From: Marsupella aquatica
Taxonomy: Eukaryota; Plantae; Marchantiophyta
NCBI GenBank assembly: GCA_973895155.1
Contig: OZ316897.1
Span: 22,357,455 to 22,421,454 of the forward strand
Length of the DNA stretch: 64,000 bases
Direction of reading: 5' to 3'
Shown here one piece after another: positions 11,732 to 29,450 of this stretch. Under the pieces are notes generated by a model, which saw only the letters and a list, made by a program, of their open reading frames with translations, was not told the DNA's origin and did no database searches. The position numbers were made by a program, and so were the translations under genes. The number at the start of each line of letters is the position of its first letter. The first letter of the stretch is position 1.

Positions 11732-13903
11732 CAGCTTTTAATTACATTGCCACTAAAGATGTGGCTTATTATAATATTGCCACTATTTTTACAATATTTA
11801 TAATACTGCCACTGTTTTGTATGTGTTTACTTGGGTTAAGACGAGTTAACCCAAGTTTGACGTGTCTCATCCTTGTAGGCTGAATAGTCCGTCAAGTCTA
11901 TTAAGCTTCCGTCCACTCTTTTGCTAGACTCTCCCTCCTGGACTGCGCAAGGCATTTGGCAGTGACAAAGTGAACCTCGACTGTTCATCCATAGTCGACA
12001 CTATGGAGAGACATTTGAACACAAGTTTGAAATAGAAACGCCCTAGTAGTTTTGGATTCTCGCTTGGAATAAGCATAGCCTGAGATAGAATGTTGATGTT
12101 GGGGCAAGAATGTGATGGAACCTACAGTCGCTACAAACAGGAGCAGACTCTCGAGTTCATAAGCTCTTTTTAATATCATGATTGTTACTTCTTGTCGTCG
12201 GCCCACAAATGCGCCCTAACGAACGACTATGACTTTGCTTCATTTTTTTGACAAAGTGAGCTACATTCGGTGCTGATGGTATGCACAATCATCCATGAGT
12301 ATCTTGTCTCTCGGGTTCGCTATTGTTGGGGGGAACTTTTCAGCTCCATTCGGTTTCGGTCGTAAGGCCCTCAAAATTGGCTAAAATCCCTAAGTTTCGT
12401 GAGAGTTTCCGGCCCGTTTCATGAATCCACGTTCATTCTGGAAGGACGACTACTGATCCGGAGATATTAATCAGCATTAGAGGCACTCTAGAAGGAAGTA
12501 GCTGATGCTCATGCTGATCGCACTGTGGACAGAGATACGTTCATTCTGGAAGGACGACTGCTCATTTGGAGCTATTTTCAACAAAGGCACTTTGGAACGT
12601 GCTCTGGAAGGAATAAGCTGATGTTGCTGATCGCTATGTAATCTGAGAGATACCTCGTGGACCAGTGAAATTAGGATTATAGGTGAATCTATTAAAAGTT
12701 CACCATTCTCAAAGCTCACAGCCAAACTGAGGTGAGACAGATTGTAGTGATCAATAGAGACATCGCTCCAGTGGAAGACAAAGGAATTTCTGGCATTCTG
12801 AATTCTTACCGATGGAGCCCGTGATGGAGACAGTGGCTTGAATTGAGCTCCACCTTCAATGTGGCACTGAATATCTAATTACAAAAATAAGTGATCGACA
12901 TTCAGTTTGCAAGCTTCCTAGATCCAGTTGGAGATGACCCCGATTTTCCAATCTACATTAGAATCTCAGGATCCAAAGTCAATGCAAGTAGTACAGATGT
13001 GCTCGAGTTCAATGATCTAAATTGAACATACTAATTTTGCAGTCTACACTTTACACTATCTCCTTGTCTTCTTACATGTGGGGAGAAATGTACAAATTCA
13101 CTGTTCATATTTAACTTTCTCATTAAACATGCTTGTGGTAGTAACCAATTCCTTGCTCTTGAACTGAAGACATACAATGTGGGCATTATTCTTTCCCTGC
13201 AGATTTTGTCAACGGCACCAGTTTGGTTGTGACCAGTGCAGCAGGCGGGGCAGCAGGCTGTGTTTGGGGACTGGCCCGGTACAGCAAATTTATTTATTTA
13301 TTTATTATTTGTTTTCATTCCTTGCATTCCTTTCCATCTAGCATGGTGATTGTTGTAGTAGGTCTCGTATTTGATAAGACACTCTAGTATGTGTTCTGAA
13401 GTGAAATTGTGCATATTATATTCCATGCTCAAATTTGCCATTTGTTATTATGGCCTGAGTTGTGACATTACCCTGTTGGTCTATACTATATGCAGACTGC
13501 ATTCTGCATGAACATATTCCAGTCATGGTTCATACTTCTTTAAAGAAAGGTGACACATTTGACAGTTGGCAAGACGTAAGGAGGGCGATTATCAGACATG
13601 GGGTGGCAACGGAACGGGTAATTACAACATATAAAAAGGACCCTTTGCGTTTCCTTGGAAAGTGCAAAATGTGGTGGCATGAAAACCCCACCCAAAAATG
13701 TCGCTGGTCTATTCGAGTGATTATGAGCTCCAAGACAGAAACCATTACTGTCACACAATTGAATGATCACCATAGTTGCTGTGCAGCAGACCATTACACT
13801 AGGAGGATGCATAATTCATCTGACTACTTGGCTACTTTGATTTAGTGGCAATGTGGTTAAAAGCTGTGGGTGGCATCTTTAGTGGCAATGTAGTTAAAAG
13901 CTG
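11732..13903 (+). mobile_element. Internally deleted Mutator-like element (MULE)
   Basis: TIR CAGCTTTTAATTACATTGCCACTAAAGATG (11732-11761) pairs with CATCTTTAGTGGCAATGTAGTTAAAAGCTG (13874-13903), 1 mismatch. Perfect 10-bp TSD TTTATTGTAA (11722-11731, 13904-13913). Contains a MuDR DNA-binding-domain fragment. Confidence 0.92.
13525..13845 (+). pseudogene. Truncated MuDR-type transposase (N-terminal DNA-binding/WRKY-like domain only)
   Basis: LKKGDTFDSWQDVRRAI...RFLGKC...KCRWSIRV...TVTQLNDHHSC matches the G-x-x-F...C...C-x-W...H-x-C pattern of MULE transposase N-termini. The frame runs directly into the right TIR, and the DDE domain is absent. Confidence 0.8.
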
Positions 13904-14499
13904 TTTATTGTAAATAATATAACACAACAATTCAAATTTGTCACAGATTCTACCTCATCTTTTCACCCATACGTACCTCTCATCTCTTTCTCTCATGAAG
14001 ATGAATCTTTTCTCTCATGAAGACGAAAGCAATGTGGAGGGCCTCTTATTGTCCTAAAGATAGACTCTAGACTGAAAATATATTGAAATGTAGTTCAATA
14101 GATGGAGATCCCTTGAATGAAGGAGCCAAAGCATTTATTTGGGCCCACTACTTGCCATGTTAGATTGGTCAACACCGTACTGAATGGGCCCTCAGTTCTT
14201 GTAAAGCTAACTGCAGCCATTAAATCCACTCATTGTATAGTTCAGATTTAACCTTATAGGGAATTTAAAGAAGCAATGGGAGCCAACATCTTGTAGAGCT
14301 ACCTCTTGCATGAATGAGTCCATTGCATACACTAAAGTTCAAATGCCTGACCAAAAATTGTGCCCGGTCTGGAGAATCCTAGTGGACATGGACCAAGTGG
14401 TCCACTCGTTAGACCACCTCAAGATGCGGTCAAAGTTTTTGATAAAAACAAACACCACCACATAAGGAAAGAAAGGGGCCCACTAGTAGTTGACTAGGA

Positions 14500-15300
14500 T
14501 GGGCAATGTTCTGCAAAATTGTACCCCAAGTTCAAGTAAAGTGAAGTCCCACATTTGAATTGCTTTGATTGCATCTCAAACAGAAAAGAAAGAAACTAGT
14601 CTCTGAGTTCTTGTAAAGGCCACCTTTTTGTCACATTGTGCCCTCAGTTCATGTAAAGTGAAATCTGGCCTGTTTCAACATTTGAATGGCTACCATTGCA
14701 TCTCAGATGCGCAGATAAGAAACTAACTCCAGAGTTCTTGTAAAAGCCCCCTTTTGTCACATTATGGCCCAAAATCATGTAAAGTGAACTCTGGGGTGCT
14801 CACACATTCGAATGGCTACAATTGCAACTCAGACAGAAAAGAAAAACTACGGGCCTCCAGCAGAGCCCCCTTTGGCCACATTATGCCCCAGAACCATGTA
14901 AAGGGAAATCTGGCCTATTCACAGATTTGAATGGCTACTATTGCATCTCAAATGCACAGACAAGAAACCAATTCTAGAGTACTTGTAAAGCTTTTCTTTT
15001 GCCAGATTTGTGGCCCCCGCCCCGCCCGCCACCCCCCCCCTCATTCATGTAGTGTGAAATCTGGCCTGTTCCCACATTCTAATGGCTACCATTGCATCTC
15101 ACACAGAATCCTCCACTCACCCCCCAACAACAACAAAAAAGGGAAAAAAAAGACGGGCTCCAAGTTCTTGCAAAATCTCCCACATTTTGCTCCAAATCTA
15201 TCTACCGGGAAATATGGCCAGTTCACACCTTTGAATGGCTACGATTGCATCTCAGATGCACAATAAAAAAAGGAAACCGACTCCGGAGTCCTACTGTACC
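14500..15300. repeat. Degenerate tandem array of ~120-150-bp units (6 copies) abutting the helicase promoter
   Basis: Core TTTGAATGGCTACNATTGCATCTCA occurs at about 14554, 14681, 14807, 14926, 15077 and 15230. Most copies are preceded by a TCATGTAAAGTGAAATCTGG-like sequence and followed by AGTTCTTGTAAA. Confidence 0.88.
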
Positions 15301-15319
15301 ATCACCGCCCTTCGGTTAG

Positions 15320-16466
15320 GGTTCTTTCGTTCCTTTCACCTTTAGTCTTGCTTCGCTCTCCTCTCCTCTCCTCTCCTCTCCTGCGTAACGAGCGTTTCTT
15401 TCTTTTCTCTCGCTCGACATCGCTTTGTTTCTTTTGCGTCGTCAACCTCTCTTTCCTGAAGTCCTTCCGTCCGTCTCTGGGTCGGTCCGGAGCTCGAGTG
15501 CTCGACCCTATCATCGTCGTTTCAATTACTGTCTTTCTTGTCACGTCCCGCCTTTCACCATGTTTGAACTCTGCCCGCCTGCTGCTTCTCGAAAGTAGTG
15601 CTACCGTTCAGGATCTGTGTCGGTGCAAAGAACTTGCTGCGGGGGACGAGCTCTTCTGTGTCGCAATTCGAGCAGGGACGGAGGAGGGGATTGTCATGCT
15701 GCGGTTGTGTGTGGCTGCCCTCGACTGTCGTCGTCTCTCTTTGTGACCAGTGATTCACGCGGTTCGATAAGGGTAAGATTTAGGAATCGAGAAGAAATGA
15801 CTGAGGGTTCTGATTTTGATTTCTAGCGTGGCGTGGATTTGTCATGTGTTGCAATTGGAAGCAGTGTAGACATTATACTGTCATACTGCGGTCGGGGTAT
15901 GTTTGCTCTCGAGTCCCTTGTGTTTGTGACTGTCCGGCTGACTAGTTTCCTGGGAGAAATGGATTAGGGTTCGGATACAGTATTTCGAAGCAGTGGATCT
16001 TAGGTCTCGACTCAGTCTTCGAGTGTGGCGTAGTTTGATTTGAGGGTGCCGTCGAAGTACGCGTGAGCGGGCGTTGGCTTCCCGTGGTGGTTTGTTTTTT
16101 AGCAGCCGTTGTCGTTCGGTTGTTCGGAACTTAGTAGCGAGGCCGTTTTCTCGTCTGTCTTCGTTGACATGCCCCAACGCCTCTTGCGAGGATATGCAGC
16201 AGACAGACGAGAGGCGTGTCGGAACCATCAAAATGAGGAAGAATTTGAGAGTGACACGCCCCAATTGGTTCCGAATTGCATTGGTGTTTCACATTGGTAG
16301 CGCTGCATATTCTCTTCGTGTGCCGATCGCATTGTGCTGTATTGCTGGAACGATTCGTCTCTTTTGGGCAGGTTCGACTGACACCCGTTTCTTTCGTGGT
16401 TCTGAAGGACCAGCTGGGGAGTGCTTGTTTTAACCGTAAAATCGGTAATCTGCTAAGGCTTAAAAG
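15320..16466 (+). promoter_or_regulatory. Probable 5' UTR of the helicase, with CT-rich start region and a leader intron (~15773-16371)
   Basis: (CTCTC)n/pyrimidine tract at 15350-15420, strong donor AAGG|GTAAGA at 15773, and acceptor CTTTTGGGCAG ending 16371. The TSS is not determinable. Confidence 0.5.
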
Positions 16467-22892
<6,426 letters not shown>

Positions 22893-24910
22893 CTTTCAGA
22901 TCTTTGTTCCCTTTCCCTCAAGTTGTCCCTCTCCATGAAATATGCCAAACCTCGGAGAACTGCAGAATCCTTTTACAAAAGAGGCAAAGATTTTGTAGGG
23001 TATCTGACAGATGTTTTCTAACAGTTTTGTATAGTCGAGGTAAGGTGGAAGGACTTCCAGGTGGCCTTCGCTTGGTAGGCAAAGTTGATTAGCGGTGACA
23101 GCCGTAAACCACTGATACATCTCTCTTGCAAGTTAAAGCTGGGATAACCCCCTTGTAATCATATTTTCAAGAAAACATGAGTGGTAATTTTTCAGTAAGG
23201 GACACGAATCTGGGGACATGTGTCACTGGTCGTCGTATTTCCGAGGTTGGCAATTGTCCTGCCAAATAAAATTTGTTGCTTCAGTCTTTTTAGGTTCTGC
23301 AATCGATCTTGGTAGGTGATCTTTGTCTCCTCACAAGCTGAGAGTCATGCTTTCTGTATTTCCTCGTCCTAGTCTCTCATCGAATGGCATCTCCATGCGC
23401 CACCCTGTAATGAGGGAAAGTTCAGCCAACTGATCTGTGGGTTGGCTGGGTCAAATTGTAAAATTTTCGTGTCCTTGCATTTCGGAATTCAAAGTGATGA
23501 AAGACAACCATTTGAAGTATGTGGATGTAGCACCTCAGTTCGGCCTGTTGGAAATGCCATGAAACGAATTTTTAGTTATGTATGCTGGATGATGTAGCGT
23601 GTCAGTGTTGGCCTAATGGAACTGCGATGGATCTGTTATTTAGAAGCACTGTATATGCTGGATAAGAACGTCCGAAAGGATTCTGGCTGGTCTTCAAGAG
23701 GGGTCACTCTTGCAATATGGAAGCTGTGGAGCCCCCTTTGTTCACCTAATGCTTTTGGGAGCTTGGTCTTCCTCAAATAATTGGTTTGTCGATTTGAGTT
23801 CTGAGTGGTATGTGACACATCAGGGGCGGTTCAAAGCGTGGATAGCTGTGTTGGCCGCTGAACGATGATTTCCGTGCTGTAAAAGGCAAGACCCTGAGAA
23901 GATCAGCCAATGCGACCCATTTTCAGATGGATAGAGGATGGGACAGGAATCAGACTAGTCTTCTCCATACATTTAGTGAACTATGAAGGTACTGTCGTCC
24001 TGACATTGTTTCGACACTTACTAAGGAGGTGCACCCTGAAGTGAAGTCTTCTCAGAGCGATGTTCTAAGGGATCCACTCTGAAGAATACCCATACTGTCT
24101 ATTTGTTTTCTGATAGTATTGTACTAGAAAATCTTAGATTACTCCTACGAGACAGGATAGGAAGGTTCCATTCTTCAAGGTAGTTCCCCGACTGAACTAT
24201 ACTGCCTGTACTACAAAAGGCTGTCGAACTCGATCTCGAATCGTGATTTGTCTATGGAATTTTCACTGTGACAAGTGATTTTACATAATGTTCTTTGACG
24301 TTATTGTCTTTTGTCCTGTATCAGTACCCGGATGAGGAACTTGAACTTGCATAGTCAATTTGAAGCTGGGTTTTGACCGTCTACACCTGGTTCAGGAGTG
24401 GATCTAGTGGTCTAGTGGGTCTATGCTAGTAGGATCCAATTTGATATATCAGAATCTAGCGAAATGATTGGTTACACCCACCGCCGGCCCCTTGAATCTA
24501 TTACTTCCTTCGTACATACTTGTGGAGGACTTCAGGGCAGTCTGTAGGCCGGTGGTCAATGTTACTAACACGACGTGTGATCATTATACCGAGTGACGCT
24601 TGTGCCCCAGCCAAATTATATGCCGAGTGACTCTTGCAATAATTTAGGGTTTGGTTGCTTCCCGCACATCTCCCCGGGAACCACTGTAGATTCCTCCCTT
24701 TTGTACGTCGCATTATCATCAAATGTCAATTTAATATAGCTGTTTGTGGCCTCAGCACACGGCTCCAGGCTGGCTTAGTTGAAAAATATTTTCTACCGTG
24801 CATTTATACTATACTATCAGAGGTCTGGGACGGTCAGGAACGCGAAGAGAAGCGATCCTTTTGAAATTGGAACAATGACCCGAAAATGGAATTCGCTGGT
24901 TTGTACAAGT

Positions 24911-25098
24911 GCTCGTGACTTCTCTTGTGTGCCACGAGAGGCTGGAGCAATGAACAGAGCAGACCTACAGTAGAGTACTATCCGAACCCAGCAAGACTAT
25001 TGAGCACCCGCTCGTGACTTCTCTTGTGTGACAGGAGAGGCTGGAGCAATGAACAGTGCAGACCTAGAGTACTATCCTAACCAGCAAGCTATTGAGCA
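24911..25098. repeat. ~99-bp tandem duplication
   Basis: GCTCGTGACTTCTCTTGTGTG...GAGGCTGGAGCAATGAACAG...GAGTACTATCC...CTATTGAGCA occurs at 24911 and 25010. Confidence 0.88.
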
Positions 25099-27788
25099 GC
25101 CTTGAAAAGGGGAGGGTGCATCGGTATCGATAGACCTATTATGCAGGACCAAGTGGAAATGCAATTTCAATGATTACAATTCAAATCGTCATCCTCATTC
25201 ACCCAAGAGTTCGGCTCACGTACATTGATGGTTTTTGGGCGATTCAATAAATATGTAGACACCAACTAAAGGGCGTGTGCGTGGAGGCGCGGCTGGTTTT
25301 AGATCAGGACATCTCACAAGAACGGTTTCTCCCTCCCTCCATCCGTCCCTGACAGTGGACTGAGGTGGGACGTTTGTCCACTAAGTACGTGGTTGATAAT
25401 GATCGAAAAGTACTTTCTCTCTCTCTGCCGTTTTGGAACTCTCGTGCTGAACTGCAAAAGAAAAAGCTGCAGCCCGTTCAGCTGCAACAGTAGACACACA
25501 GGCCACAGAATTTCTTCTGCTTGCTTCCTTGCTGGGGCTGACGGGGCCCCGGGAAAGCAGCTGTGCTGTACACATAACCGGTTTCCACTCATTCCATCTA
25601 GAATCTACAGTAGATCACCAGATTACGCTCAAATTCAACTCCATTTCAACTCCAGTTGCATCATGCACTCCTTCATTCTGACTTTATCGATTCTTTTACC
25701 GGCTTTCTTCTCCTATTAGAGTGTGTAGTGTGTGGCTTCCAAATGATTGTACAGTACCACCATGGAAAGCTCCATACAATCCATACAATCCATTCAATCC
25801 ACCGCTGCCCGCAATGAGAACATCTAGAGTACCTGTAGGCCCTGGACGTGGCCAATCGACAGCGCTGAACGCCCAGAATTTTCAAGCCTTTTTCTTGTCG
25901 TGGAGAACCTTTTGATTTACATTCTGGGTGCCTTGACAAGACTTTGGGAGCAGTTTTGAGTGTTTTTTTTATCAAAAAAAATCTTTGGGCCATTTTACAT
26001 ACTAAAGATAGTGTATCTGGGCTAAAGGAGAGTTTGGAATCATTATATGGCACCCAATGTCTTGTAAAGCAAATTGCACTAAATGGTGCTAGAATTATTT
26101 GCTAGCAGACAACTTGGGGGCCCACTCCACTCCAAAGTCACATTGTTCATTGGCTAGGGCCGTGTTGTTATGACATTAGAAGATCTGATGAGTGGCATGT
26201 GGGTCCACTTTTAATTCATAGGCCACACGGAGACACCTCCACGAGAGGTGGTCTAAAATCTGGGACAAAATGTGCTCCAAGAAAAATTTTCGCCCCACTC
26301 CATTCCATGTACAGCCGGCAACTGGTCAGACTGAAAGTGTTTAGGGTATTAGCAACATTTTGTAAAGTGCACAAGAGGAGTTTCTCCCCAATGGATGGCC
26401 CCGATCACATCTTCGAGACAAGAAAAATGAAAATTGCCGCCAATGTCTAATAAGGCCACCCTCATATAATACCTATCTTTGGAATTACATTCAAACTAGC
26501 CCAAACTTCTTAAGCATTTTTCTTGTCTTGGAGAAATACATTCATATTCGCCCATCGTTTGAATGTCATTCATACCAGCTTCATTGCCCAGGCTTAAGTT
26601 TGCTCTGCAGCCTGTTGCCTCACCTCAAAACTTGGCTCTCACTCTAGATGCAAAGAACTCTAGACCATAAGTTCCAGACTCTAGCTTTAGATGATGATGC
26701 ATTAGTTTGATTGTTTGAAGTCTTTTTCTTTTGGCCTGCAACTGGGCAAAAGCAGGCATTGTTTCACATTCCGACATAGTGGCAATTAGTTTGGAATAAA
26801 AAACATTAAAAAATTGGCAACCAGTTGTAAAATGGTGGGCTGGAAAAGTGTGTGTCCCCAGTTCCAAGAAATTGGGAGTAGATCAAACCCGAGCCAGTAG
26901 CGTATGAAAAACTGAATATGGGACCAAATGCCCCCCAAAAGCATATGTTTTGGTCAAGTATAAAAAAGTAGGGTGATCAAACTTTTTGATTAGAAGTATT
27001 AAAATGAACAACCGGCCTAAAAAGCTTTGACAACGTTAAATACCTTTTCCGAATCAAGCAAGCTCCGACAATGTACTGACGGGGGGAACGGACGGCAAAC
27101 AACGGCGACGGTCAGTGGGACACGGACGGCGGTTTCGGAGTACTAGAAAGTTTGATTAAGTCAATCGGCATTAATAAAAGCACATTAATGGGTCCAACTA
27201 ATGACGCGGTAACTTAGCCGAGGACTGACCGTCCGGGTCATTCCTGTGTAATTATTACTTTTTATTTATTTATTATTTTTCAGGTCCGGACGGGCACAGC
27301 GGCAAAGCAGAGGCTGCCGGCCTGCCCGGAGCTCCGGACATGGCAAAATCATAAGTGGTGCCCCGATGTCGAGAATAACGGGGAATAGAATATTAATCAT
27401 TCCTTGAGGGGAATGGGAATTTTCATGGACCAATCAGTGTCTCGTTCCTCATGATCGGATGATGAGGATTTCGGGATCATGGGGAAGAGAATACTGGGGC
27501 AGCACAGATTCTATGATTATTATTCCCAAGCGTGAGTGGGCGAAGAGGACCGGGCAGGCATGTGGATCGATTGACAGAATGAAATCTTCCGATATCTGGA
27601 TTGTGGAGGGAAAAATTCGCCGGGCATTATTTTTCTTACAGGATGTCGGTTTTCTGACATGTCTGCCCGTTCACCGAACATGGAGACATTTGCTCAGCAT
27701 TTCCTCGAGGGAATTATTCACCTCACTCATTACTTTATCGATGGTCATAACCACACACGATCCGGAAAAGCTTTTGGCGCTGCCCGGA

Positions 27789-27938
27789 CGCCTTTCATAA
27801 TTTCTTCTACCCTGGACTCGGACTCGGACGGGCTGCCCGCCTGCCCGGAGGCCGTTCAGGACTTCAAGAGCGCCTTTCATAATTTCTTCTACCCTGGACT
27901 CGGACGGGCTGCCCGCAGGCCGTTCAGGACTTCAAGAG
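27789..27938. repeat. Tandem duplication (82 + 68 bp) differing by micro-duplications
   Basis: CGCCTTTCATAATTTCTTCTACCCTGGACTCGGAC...TTCAGGACTTCAAGAG occurs at 27789 and 27871. Copy 1 has an extra GGACTC and an extra CTGCCCG. Confidence 0.9.
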
Positions 27939-28763
27939 TCAGCTATCATAATTTCGTGTCTCGTTGAACCTTGACCCAACGGGCTGCACTCGTACCGTGG
28001 TATTAAATTTTCTGCTGAAGAAGCTCGGGCATACGGGCAACAATTCCCAGGATTTTCACGAGGGGGGGGGACTTTGAGAATTGAGATCCTGCCACCCAAT
28101 AAATATGGTGGTACTCGTCCTTGGGTTCCCCGAATTGGCCCGACCGGTCAGCATGCCCCAGACTCGCATTATCTCGAATGATGCACCAATCACTCTCCTT
28201 TCAATTGTGACGTTGCAGATAAAAAAAGTGAGAGGCACATGTGTATTTAGAATAGCACCCAGTCATGTAAGCAAAATATCTACACTGTTCACCTTCATGA
28301 GTGTGCGACCAACACTAATTCGAGAGCGCAAATTTTTAAATTAAAATATACTCACCAAGTAGTGTTAGTGAACTAATTTTGTGTTAACATTATTTTGGCG
28401 CACATGAATTGATGTTATTGTGGTCTGAAGAGTGCAAAAATAGAGGGAAATTATTATTTTGAAAAATTCACAAAAAATAGTGTTATGTTAGATGTGCCAT
28501 TACCATAGATGTGCCACTACCATATTCACCTAGTGAGTATTTTCTTAGTGCCTGAAATTCAGGCTCATTGTTAGGGAGTCAATTTAAAGATAGGGAAAGT
28601 TTAGTCCATGAAGACTCAATGTGACCGACAATGTTAGAATTCAATAAAACTCAGTCTCCTGTGGAAATAATCTATAGTAAAGTGAACCATGTATCCCCTA
28701 TGTAAACTACTTGTATATTCTTTGGGTATTGCACATGTGCATGTCGTTTTATGAATAGCAGGC

Positions 28764-29090
28764 GTCTACTAAACACTATGATCACTATATTATACATTTG
28801 AACCTAAATGTAAACTAAGTTCAACTTCATGAAATAATATCTACAATATCTCAACATTCTAAATGTCTTGGTAATAGTCTACTCAACACTATGATCACGA
28901 AATTATACATTTGAACCTAAATGTAAACTAAGTCAACTTCATGAAAAATATCTACAATATCTCAACATTCTAAATGTCCTGGAAACAGTCTACTCAACAC
29001 TATGATCACTAAATTATTCATTTGAACCTAAATGTAAACTAAGTCAACTTCATCAAATAATATATACAATATCTCAACATTCTAAATGTC
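28764..29090. repeat. AT-rich tandem repeat, ~112 bp x3
   Basis: GTCTACT(A/C)AACACTATGATCAC...TTTGAACCTAAATGTAAACTAAGT...CAATATCTCAACATTCTAAATGTC starts at 28764, 28877 and 28988. Confidence 0.92.
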
Positions 29091-29107
29091 GTAATCGAGC
29101 ATTGTGG

Positions 29108-29450
29108 GCTCTGAAAATTGTTGGGGTAATATTGCATGACACAACATCACATGGAACCAGTGTATAAAATACAATCAACACCAACACTTAGACAATTTCA
29201 TGGTTCACCCTGTCTGAGCTATGTCTAGCCTGGTCGAGAAAAGAAATCAGTATGCACAATATATTTGCCATTATAGTCTGGCAAGTTCTCAAGTTGCTCT
29301 ATCAACATCTCCCTCTCTATCTCTCTTTTGAAGACTGATCTCCCCGCTGATCTCTACTGTGAGCACAATGAAGATCTCCACTAGTTTAACCTCAACAACC
29401 TTTAACCATGTTAAGCTGCACCCTAGTTAACCTAATCAAGCACTACACTA
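29108..29450 (-). mobile_element. Decayed copia-type LTR with PBS remnant
   Basis: The minus strand carries GACATAGCTCAGACAGGGTGAACCATGAAA, resembling the GACGTAGCC...GGCGAACCACGTAA motif of the intact LTR at 33539. GCTCTGAAAAT|TGTTGGGG at 29108-29126 resembles the reverse complement of LTR end + PBS. The far boundary is approximate. Confidence 0.5.

Noticed and set aside
14500-15300. CRISPR-like repeat-spacer appearance of the tandem arrays (also 28764-29090)
   Set aside because: The intervening sequences are homologous to each other rather than unique spacers. The context is eukaryotic and there are no cas genes.
25721-25915. Pro-rich peptide PYNPYNPFNPP
   Set aside because: Arises from a 9-bp micro-repeat (TCCATACAA) in an ORF lacking an ATG start.
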